Assembly: GCA_951406725.2 (NCBI GenBank)
Contig: OX597820.1
Location: 123,752,001-123,816,000, forward strand
DNA length: 64,000 nucleotides
Direction of reading: 5' to 3'
Origin: Octopus vulgaris
Taxonomy: Eukaryota
Positions 53,801 through 64,000 of this stretch are shown piece by piece. The notes beneath the pieces were generated by a model. That model was given only the letters and a program-made list of their open reading frames with translations. It did not search any database and was not told where the DNA came from. Position numbers and translations under genes: made by a program. Position 1 is the stretch's first letter; each line of letters starts with the position of its first letter.

Positions 53801-54281
53801 AAATAATTCGGAAAAATTAGTGGTTTTGCGGCTTGGAACCTGAAGAAACATACCCATGCCATCCAACAGCGTCTCCACCGAGGGGGAAATTTTGTCTCAT
53901 GAAAATTTCAATAAAAGGCGGGTGAATGTTGCAAAGATGTTACACGTGAATGACGGAACCACTTTGAGCATGATCCTATAAGTCCAAAAGAGAGAGAGAG
54001 ATAGAGAGTGAGAGGGAGGGAGAGAGTTTTCCTCTCATATGTATCTTTCCCTGCCTGAGGTTACGGTGGTCTTTTTGTAGGCTTTTCTTTCCACGGAGAA
54101 AGCTAATCTGATTTACATTTTTTACACCCCTTTATTTTGCTGTTTACAGGACCCAAACGCTTTCGATCCCATTTGATTTTAATTTTTCTTTTCTTTTTTC
54201 TATCTATCTTTCTTTCGAAAAGAAAAGTTCTACATTGTATTATCCCCTCAGTATTCAGCCCTGTGTGGCTAATAAAGAATC
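50804..54281 (+). mobile_element. Tx1-clade (L1 group) LINE, degenerate with internal deletions
   Basis: ORF1 remnant at ~51000-51850. APE motifs GVGTAVLF, RLITVYSP, LVGDWNA, TWSN...SYLDRVF, HKLV and YWKMN. RT motifs NFRPITLL, PGRSIRNNL, LDESKAFDKVNH, SVRQGCPLS and AYANDIT. Tail AGCCCTGTGTGGCTAATAAAGAA at 54257-54279. The 5' boundary is inferred. Confidence 0.85.
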
Positions 54282-54870
54282 AATCTATCTATGTTCTATC
54301 AGTCTGTCTGTCTTTCTATCCGTCCCTCCGTACCTCCGCCTATTCACCCATCTATCCATCCATCCATCCATCCATCCATCCATCCATCCATCTATCTATC
54401 TATCTATCTGTATCTATCTAATTTTCTATCTATCTATCTTTCTATCTATCTATCTCATCCATGTACTATTTTGGTAGCTCTCTACCACTGTCTTTCGAAC
54501 CATCACTCTATCACTCTATTCTAATGCCTCTCTATTTATTAATTAATTAATTTATTTATTTATTTGTTGTTGGTTTTTTATTTATTTATCCATTCATTCA
54601 TTTATTTATTTAAGCGTTAGGTAAATAAATGATACCGCACTATAATGGCGATACGGAATAAACCTTCTCACGAACTGGAACTACATGAAGAGAAGAATTG
54701 TTTACGCCATTAATGACCATTATTGACAATAATGAGGCTTTGGTAGTTGGTTAGAGATGATGCCTAAATCACACGGTGAGATAATTTCAATGCACATCAT
54801 AACATCAGATGCTGTTCCCATTGTAGCGTGGTAAGGTATCACTAACGTGAAAGACGATTTCTTCTTTGAG

Positions 54871-54873
54871 ATA

Positions 54874-54966
<93 letters not shown>

Positions 54967-55077
54967 GTATACATATATATACATATATATATGCATACAT
55001 ATGTATGTATATAAACATACATATATATACATATATATATACATATATACATATATATATATATATGTATACATATG

Positions 55078-55123
<46 letters not shown>

Positions 55124-55146
55124 CATATATACACATATATACATAC

Positions 55147-55243
<97 letters not shown>
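54871..55243. repeat. Long (TA)n/(TACA)n microsatellite
   Basis: Direct reading of the sequence. Confidence 0.95.
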
Positions 55244-55245
<2 letters not shown>

Positions 55246-55517
55246 AGCACTCACACAGAACACCCCCCCACACACACACACATATGAGAGAAACCAAAAG
55301 CGCAAATCTTGATAATCTCTGGAAATAAGAAAAATATTTAGTTACACCAACGCGTTTGAATGACAAGTAATGATTTTCTCATTTTCCCTTCGGATATACG
55401 GGTATATACATGGAGTTCTAAATACTGGTTATTTGTCATGCAATTCAACTTCTAAATCGTATTATAATCGCAATGTATACTTCTACATATATACACATAT
55501 GTGTATATGTATGTATA

Positions 55518-58120
55518 CATGACATTATTCAGTTTACTTCAAGATTTCTTGCCAGTAGAGAAAGAACTGGTTTCTAACCTAGATTCAAGGCTTCTTCATT
55601 GGAATTTCAACATCAACAACGGAGTATTTTTGCATGTATGTATGTAAGTATGTATGTATGTATGTAACTATGTGTGTATGTATGTATGTATGCATGTATG
55701 TATGTATGTATGTATGTATTTGCAGATTTGTGTGTTTTATATATTCTCATGCATATAATTGCATATCTAGAAATCCTCATATTTATTTAAATGATAAACC
55801 TCTGAGAAGTTTTACAGATTTTTACAGTTTCAGTGATGGATTGGGTCTGTAGTCTTCGAATTAGCTTTCTCCTTTTGAGAAGCTTAATTTCTCAGGATTG
55901 GTACTTAGGCAGTGTGTTACATATCCCAGGACCCCAATAATTAGAGGTATAAACATGAACACGTAATCCGGATAGAGTAACTGAGGATTTCTCAATAGTT
56001 CAGCATAGGTGTTCTGTTTTAAACTGATCTTCAGTTTTATGTTAACATCCGCTGGGCAGCTAATTTCCCTAATTGTGCACAGTTTCTTTTCTTATCCCAA
56101 AATATATCAGGTCTGTTGCGCTTACATTTTATTGAGGTCTTCAGTGGGACTTTGCCCGAGTATGCCTTTTTATTATGAGTGCAATACCATATGGCTTGCT
56201 CTTATTTCTTTGTCCTCGGGATTATCACTCCGGGGCATTTCATTATAGAGTCTCCTAGCTAAAACAATATGTCTCATCAGTAGATAATACCGTGATGGTG
56301 GTTAAAAGATGTTACCGATGGGATACGATGCGATATTCAAAGGCATTTTGGATCGATGTTAAGCTTCGGCCGCTTTGTTTACGTTTTAGGTAGAGGTGGT
56401 TTACGTCACTGTTTATGTCGAAATTATGTGTGCTTGTTAGTATTTTTCAGGTTTTCACATCGATGCGTTGAAACTCATAAATCGTCCAACCAAGCAGCTC
56501 AAATGTTGGTTTGAGCACTGGTATAGCGAAAATATTGTGAACCAGTTTTATTGAATGCAGTAAGTTCTGGGGTCCAAATTGTTTTTATTCAGCTGTCATA
56601 TTCTTTAGTGACACGTGTTTTGTTACAGGCGCCATTGTAAGATATATATTCATCCATCCCTAGATACTTGTAACATTCTTTGCCAGATACAGGGGGAACA
56701 GACAGATAATTGATGAAGGTGGTACTAGTCTGGTTGATAATTGTCCCCTTTTTCACAAACATATAACAACATTTTCCGGACCAAACTCAAATCATACATC
56801 CTTTGAAAATGTTGTAACTAGGTCAAGAATCTTGTTCATCTCATGCATATGTTTTGCATAAAGTTTTAAGACATCAACAAACAAACAGTGTGTGATATTG
56901 GTATTTCTGTTTCCTTGTGAACCAGTGCGATATTCATCAAACTTGCTTAACATGAATGACAAAGGGTTTACACAAAGTATAAACAACATCACAGAGAAGC
57001 TCTCTCCTTGGAATATGTTTTGCGATACTGTATTCTATCGGTGATAATACAGTCAATTTTTGTGTTTAATTTCAAGATGGTGGCCCACGATGAATTCAGG
57101 TCAGCTATGGCTTTGACTATTCTAACTGGAAGGGCTCCTAGCATCCATGAGTTGAAGGGCTCCTAGCATCCATAAGCGGGGAACAGAGTCAAAGTCTTTC
57201 TTATAGTCTAGCCACGTTAAAACTAGGTTCCACCTATGCTCACGCACCTCTCGCATCACAGTTTGGTTGATTAACTATTGCTCGGCACATCCTCAGACTC
57301 CCTTTTTCCCAGTTGCCTGATCTGCTGTGATAATATTATGCTGTGTATATTAGCCGGTGGACTTTTGCCATGTGGGTGGTTCTGCATTTGGGGAACAATT
57401 TGGTCTCTGCCAGAGCTAACCAGTGTGGTATGCTACTGTTCCCAATGAGATCTGGTACATATTAATAAGATATGGTTGTTAGTATTTTTCTCTTTCTCTT
57501 TTACTTGTTTCAGTCATTTTGACTGCGGCCATGCTGGAGCACCGCCTTTAGTCGAGCACATCGACCCCGGGACTTATTCTTTGTAAGCCCTGTACTTATT
57601 CTATCGGTCTATTTTGCTGAACCGCTAAGTGACGGGGACGTAAACACGCCAGCATCGGTTGTTAAGCAATGCTAGGGGGACAAACACAGACACACAAACA
57701 CACACACACATACACATACATATATATACATATATATGACAGGCTTCTTTCAGTTTCCGTCTACCAAATCCACTCACACGACATTGGTCGGCCCGGGGCT
57801 ATAGCAGAAGACACTTGCCCAAGATGCCACGCAGTGGGACTGAACCTGCTGGTTAGCAAGCTACTTACCACACAGCCACTTCTTAGTATGTTAACTTCTT
57901 GTACCAATTATCAAACAATCAAGTCTCTTCCGGGCGCTTTTCCGTCTCGGAGTTTTGGGATCATAGTTGCAAGAGCTTGACCATCAGTAATGTATGTCTT
58001 GGATGTAACTCAGGAGCAATAACTTTTTCGGATTTCTTCCAGCCAGAGAGCTTCCTGGTTAAGTCCCTTCTTTTCGCTCCAGATTTCCCACCAGAAGGAG
58101 TCTGTCTTCTTGAGGGTATT
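55518..58120 (-). mobile_element. R4/Dong-like RLE non-LTR retrotransposon, degenerate and 5'-truncated
   Basis: Minus strand: EQ.LINQTVMREVR, WLDYKKDFDSVP, IFQGESFSVMLFILCVNPLS, HCLFVDVLKLYA and YKYLG. RLE region RPDI..WD...EISCPADVN and IIGVLG. Stop at ~55787; 3' UTR contains (TACA)n. Confidence 0.85.
57486..57882 (-). mobile_element. SINE family B inserted in the R4/Dong-like LINE
   Basis: Homologous to 32940-33362. TSD TTAGTAT at 57479-57485 and 57883-57889. Confidence 0.9.
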
Positions 58121-58162
58121 TATGTATGTACGTATGTATGTGTATATCTATATGCATGCGAG

Positions 58163-58240
<78 letters not shown>

Positions 58241-58339
58241 GTAACAAACTGAGAGAAAATAATTCTTGAAAGGAGTATGTTAAACATCCAGTTCACTGGT
58301 ACGTCAGTTGAATACCATATAAATATTGGTATAATGCAA

Positions 58340-58790
58340 TAATAAAGATAAATTAAATAGAGAGATACTATTGAGAATCCAGTAATAATTTATATTATAA
58401 TATTACATAATATACTTTGCATATAATATATAATATTACATAATATTATATAAAATAAACGATTATTAAAAAAAACATTAAAATCCAGCAAATTTTTCCG
58501 ATTTATTTTTACAATGCAGCCGTCTTTTCACACGGAATGACATCCATTTTTTCAACCATGACCCTGAAGTTACTTTATATATACGGGAACTGTTATTATG
58601 TATGTATATCAGAAAAATATATATCAGTCGAAACAATTTGTTGGCCTTTTATGGTATTTTTAATAATTGTTTATGCAATATAATATATTATAATATATTA
58701 TGTTATGTATATCATGTAATATTTTAATATAAATAAATTGAATTGCCAATGGCATCTCTCTATTTAATTTATTAATTTATCTTCATTAAT
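58340..58790. repeat. Old AT-rich inverted repeat (~165-bp arms)
   Basis: AAGATAAATTAAATAGAGAGATACTATTG...ATAAACGATTATTAAAAA...CCAGCAAATT (58340-58505) pairs with AATTTGTTGG...TTTTTAATAATTGTTTAT...CAATGGCATCTCTCTATTTAATTTAT (58623-58790). Confidence 0.75.
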
Positions 58791-58840
58791 ATATCCTCAT
58801 ATATATATTTACACACGTACATATAAATAAAGATAAAGGC

Positions 58841-59515
58841 ATATTAAGGGTAAAAATTATTAAAAATAATAATTTATACCAGTGGTCATCATGCATAAAC
58901 AATTGTCCGTAGACTGTAAATTACAATATATAAATGTGTATAACGATAGGTAATTATACACTAAGTGGAAAACCACTAAGTGGCTTCCTCGCATGCTGAA
59001 AACAGATGTCAGATATTCAAACCACGAAAAATATGTTCTCATACATAAATTAAAAGACCAGTTATTTCTATACTTCCAACTGTCACCATTATTAAACAAT
59101 TATCTTTTGATCTTCAGTAGAAATTGCCGGAGATGTATAATTACAAAACTCAAATACATGACATATCCCCAAAAGATCACACGAGCATACCAAATCTTAT
59201 TTTTATACATCATGGATTCAATTCACCAGGCCACAATATATCAGCAGTGAATAAAAATTCAGCAATGAGTTACTTGACTCAATAACTAAAATATTTAAAT
59301 ATTAGGATATTGAGGGTAAAGGTTATTAAAAATAATAATTTATATCAGTGTCCAGCATGCACAAAAGATTATTCATAGACTGTAAAATATTTTCATATAT
59401 ATAAGTGTGTATAATCACAGGTAATACACTACGTGGAAAATCTGTAAGTGGCTTACTTGCTTGCTTAAAGAAGATCTCAGGTTTTTAAACCACGAAAAAT
59501 ACGTTCTCATACATA
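58841..59515. repeat. Diverged ~205-bp direct repeat (58841-59047 and 59307-59515)
   Basis: Shared blocks: TTATTAAAAATAATAATTTATA, TAGACTGTAAA, GTGGAAAA, TAAGTGGCTT and AAACCACGAAAAATA.GTTCTCATACATA. Confidence 0.85.
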
Positions 59516-59884
59516 GTGCGTGAGATGTACACGGACAAGACAATGTGAAAAACAAATTATGCTTATATTTAAATATTTTAGAGAAAGTATAATGCTGAAG
59601 TCATGATAATTATAAATGGCCATAAAAATATGTGCACATCTAACGTGAATGAAGCATCTTTCACACCCACTAAGGAATGTCTAAATATAAAATGTGTCTC
59701 ATATTTCAGAAAGCATATATGACATACTTTCCAAGAGTTGTAACAAGAAGTGAAATTAATTTTAATTATAACTAGGTGGAAGGTCACAAAACTAATTCTT
59801 AAATATTATGGTATGTTTCACCTTATAGTAATTAATATATATGTACAAAAGTAAAAATGTATGTATATATTTATACACACACTT

Positions 59885-59969
<85 letters not shown>

Positions 59970-60171
59970 TTCACACAAACACAGACAGTAAGCACATAAA
60001 TGCAAAACAAGTTGGGGAAAAATAGTGACAAAATACTGGAGATAGAGCAATTTGCTTTATTACTAAAGCTGCAAAAACACCACAAAAATATTACAAAAAC
60101 TGCCATTTTATTCTATTCTTGATCACAACTGCGCGACTACACGGAATGTGATAATGATGATGATGATGATG

Positions 60172-60222
<51 letters not shown>

Positions 60223-60627
60223 TATATATATATAACGGCGGTGCATCAGCATGACCGCAGCTCTGAGCTGAAACTAGAAAAAAAAAATATATATATATAT
60301 TCTGAGAGAGAGAGAGAACAAGTAGTGAGAGATAATCAATCCGGGCAAAATATTTCATAAGCCTACTCTTGGCCCACTGAGTTAACAATATTAGTTAGGT
60401 TAGTGAGTAAGCTACAAGGTACGGTTCATACGTATATAGAGGTTTCATAAATTGTTAGCTATTATATACATGGCTTGGAAAAAAATGCTGGAAAAACGTA
60501 GCATCATAGCATCATAACTTTAAAACCGTCCTTGTTTGATTTATTATTAGTGTTGCTTAATATGTTTTGCTAAAATTGCTGTTTCATTTCAGATATCATC
60601 AGAAAAAGGTAATTATAATTCATTAAA

Positions 60628-60862
60628 ATGACAGATCTATCGGACTTTCAAAGAGATCAAATTGTTGGTGCTTCAATGGTAGGCGCTAGCGTAAAGAAAA
60701 CAGCTGAAATGTTTGGTTTATCAAGAAGTACTACCTCGAAAGTAATGACAGCTTCTGAGAAAACCTCCTCGTCAAAACAAAACTCCAGAAGAAAACCAAA
60801 ACTTTCTGATAGGAACCGTTGGACCGTTACGAGAATTGTTAGAAAGGATCACAAACGTACAG
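60628..60862 (+). pseudogene. Tc1-like transposase N-terminal HTH fragment
   Basis: MTDLSDFQRDQIVGASMVGASVKKTAEMFGLSRSTTSKVM...RKPKLSDRNRWTVTRIVRK; truncated by SINE B fragments. Confidence 0.8.
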
Positions 60863-60867
60863 GAACT

Positions 60868-61147
60868 CCGTCGTATATATAGCATATCACCACCGTTTGA
60901 CAATCGTCCCCGTAACTTAGCGGTTCGGCAAAAGAAATCGACTGAATAAATAACAGGCTTAACAGAAAAACAAAATGTAATGAAGTCGATTAATCCGATT
61001 AAAAATTGTCAAAGCTGGTACCCCAGCATGACCGTGGTATCACGACCGAAAAAAACTATATGATGTAGTAGAAGACACTTGTCGAGAGGCCACGCAATGG
61101 GACTGAACACGGAACCATATGGTCGTAAAAAAATTTCTTATCACAGA
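60868..61147. mobile_element. Degenerate SINE family B fragments in opposite orientations
   Basis: Plus-strand 3' half (CCCCGTAACTTAGCGGTTCGGCAAAAGA...CCAGCATGACCG), then minus-strand head (AGTAGAAGACACTTG...GGGACTGAAC...GGAACCAT). Confidence 0.7.
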
Positions 61148-61691
61148 CGGAGAGAGAGGGAGAGATAAAGCAGAAATGGTATAATTCAATTCCGTTCGGT
61201 AATGTTTTCTTTCTAACCCGACTTATATTAGAGCCAAATATTTATTGTGCTATATGTGAATATATGCCTCTATATCTCCTACAATCTCTTCATATGTGTC
61301 TGTGTCCCTGTATTAGTGAGTCTGTGTGTCTATGTCTGTTTTTAACCATATATATGTATATATATATACATATACAATGTATGTAGGTATGAGTATGTAT
61401 ATATATATATTTATATAAATACATATGCAATGTATGTGGCTATGAGTATGAATATATATATATATATATATATATACATACATGCATACTTACATACTTA
61501 GCTATGTGTATGCCTACATATACATATATTTTCATATATTTGCTACAACATACATACGCTCAAACATACGCATCACTAAACAGATGTGTATGGGTTGGTG
61601 TTTATGCGTGTTCATTTGTGTGAGATTATTTGTGCGCCTATAGAAGTAGAATATACTAGAGACAGGACGCAATGGAGTCGCAATTACGGAG

Positions 61692-61738
<47 letters not shown>

Positions 61739-61960
61739 GATATGAATATATGTATGTGTGTTAGTGTGGATGTGTGCGTTTATATTCTGTTCATGAAAAA
61801 GAAGCTGAGAGGAACACAGACATACAAATACACAAAGGTGGAAGCTGTGGAGATATTATTTTAAATATATAAAGAACGTGAATTACTATTGATTTCAATG
61901 GAGAATAACGTAAACAACATGAATCAAATTACCTCTTACGAAGAAAGAATAGAAGAAAAA

Positions 61961-61966
61961 CTACTG

Positions 61967-62029
<63 letters not shown>

Positions 62030-62066
62030 ATGATAACTACAACATCACTAATAATAATGGAATAAA

Positions 62067-62097
<31 letters not shown>

Positions 62098-62212
62098 TTA
62101 ATAATAATAATAGTAATAGCAATAATAATAATAATAATGATATTAATAATATTATTAATAATGATAATAATAATAATATCAATAACAATAATATAAATAA
62201 TATTGATAATAA
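61961..62212. repeat. (CTA)n grading into (TAA)n microsatellite
   Basis: Direct reading of the sequence. Confidence 0.9.
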
Positions 62213-62611
62213 CTGAAAGGAATTGTCTTGTGGATTATTTTACAAATAACAATTGACGTAACAAATGTAAACGAAAAAAATTCTCACCTCTCAACGATAT
62301 AAAACATTCTTGTTCTTGTTAGAAGTAAAGGAACGAAATAATAATACTCAGAAATGCGATATCTTCTTGTCTAATTTCATATGTATTACAGTCCCATGCT
62401 GCAATCTTTCACGTAAATTGGCATGAATATCATAATATATACCTACTCCTTTATGCGACTACATCTATGGGTACAACTTTTGCTTGTTACACCCTGAGGA
62501 GTATGACAATATAGAATTGCACTTAAATATTCAATGCAATGTTTGAGGAAAACTTATTCTCATATATTCTCCTTTCAGTTATACACACCTCTTTAAATAT
62601 TGACACACCCA

Positions 62612-62612
<1 letters not shown>

Positions 62613-62672
<60 letters not shown>

Positions 62673-62692
62673 GATTAATATGTTAATATATT

Positions 62693-62728
<36 letters not shown>

Positions 62729-62774
62729 GAGTGTGTGTGTATGTACATATGTATATATACTTATATATATATAT

Positions 62775-62843
<69 letters not shown>
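62613..62843. repeat. (CA)n(TA)n microsatellite
   Basis: Direct reading of the sequence. Confidence 0.9.
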
Positions 62844-62847
<4 letters not shown>

Positions 62848-63131
62848 TCATAAAATAAGGATAAAAATTACGTTAAAGATAATTATCAAGTAGTCCGGAT
62901 GAAAAAAAGAAAGGAATTTATAGCAATTTATATGCTGGTCGTCGTGTGAGGAATTTTAATCTGATTTTTCGATTCTATACTTGCAAGTGTTCGTGTATTG
63001 ACGAGCAAACTAATTTTGCATGTAGTACCAGTCGTTCGTATATATTTTTTACATATATTTCGCTGAAAACAGAAGAAAATCTTTTTCATATTTTAATCTT
63101 GAAGTTAGTATACATATAACAATATATAATG

Positions 63132-63188
<57 letters not shown>

Positions 63189-64000
63189 GATATATATTTC
63201 TGATTATGCATATTAAAATGTACCTTTTCAAGTCAATAATTATAGTGGGCCTTAATACTCAACTCAAAGTTTCATAACATAAGATTACTAGACATCAGTT
63301 AATCAAAATTCTCTGGTATCTGAATAATGTTACAGTATCTACCTGATGGACGGATGGTTCACATACTATGCAAAGGTGTTGCAGTAGTTAACAGCCAACC
63401 TTTTAAATTGAAACACCAACGGTTATTTGAATATCTCAAGATCGATTGCGTGGCGTAGAGTCCTGCGCTCGGTTGGTAAAAAGAAAAGTTACATCTGATG
63501 GATAGTAATGCGTGGAGAAGTTTTGCAAAAACGAGGTAAATAATAACGATGACGCTGATGACAAGAAAAATGTTAGCCACAATAATAATACTTATTTCTA
63601 ATTTGTAGCAGAAGGACAGTAATTTTGCGTACATGAAGTTATAAAAACATGCAGCCACATACAAACACACGAACACCCTCATACACAAATGTACGCACAC
63701 ATACGCACACTCTCACACATACATATTTGACATCTGACTGTTCAAAGAACACTTCAAAAGAAGTAACTAGAAGCACCTTCTCTTGCAAATTGACAAGCTT
63801 TGCTGTCGTAGTGTTAACAAGTACATGCAGAAAAAGGATTTATTTCACAACGACATTCATGTTGAACTGGTTGGTACATTATGGAATGACGCTCCAGGTT
63901 TACCAACAGTGCAAAATATGCCTGTTGAATTTAGGAGGAGAAGGAAGATGACCCAAGCTCCAGATGTCCAGCAAGTGCCACCACCAAGGAAAACATTGAT

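Noticed and set aside
55560-55870. Hammerhead-like words near the 3' end of the R4/Dong-like LINE
   Set aside because: One lies in the LINE's coding C-terminus on the opposite strand; the other lacks the CUGA core.
63750-64000. Possible host exon at the window end
   Set aside because: No recognisable domain or clear splice sites, and it is truncated by the window.

Overview
AT-rich, microsatellite-saturated eukaryotic (animal) DNA. The SINE families look like those of octopus/cephalopods; this is recognition from memory, not a database result. No host protein-coding gene could be recognised, so the window is probably intergenic or intronic and is essentially a transposon graveyard. It contains: a nearly intact Helitron Rep/PIF1 element with its 3' hairpin and CTAG end (1-4984); HERO-like, R4/Dong-like, Tx1-like and CR1-like LINE remnants; two Penelope-like (RT/GIY-YIG) remnants; Chapaev3- and Tc1-type DNA transposon relics; a Helentron-type non-autonomous element; and three tRNA-derived SINE families. 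The best leads are: (i) a series of minimal hammerhead-ribozyme motifs in short elements, including a convergent pair and a recurring variant core; (ii) an intron-containing tRNA-Met(CAT) pseudogene, unusual for an animal; (iii) a Tx1-like LINE family that appears to target (TATC)n, shares its 3' tail with a SINE and has ORF1-only (HAL1-like) derivatives; (iv) several fold-back structures. Most ORFs in the track are microsatellite artefacts.
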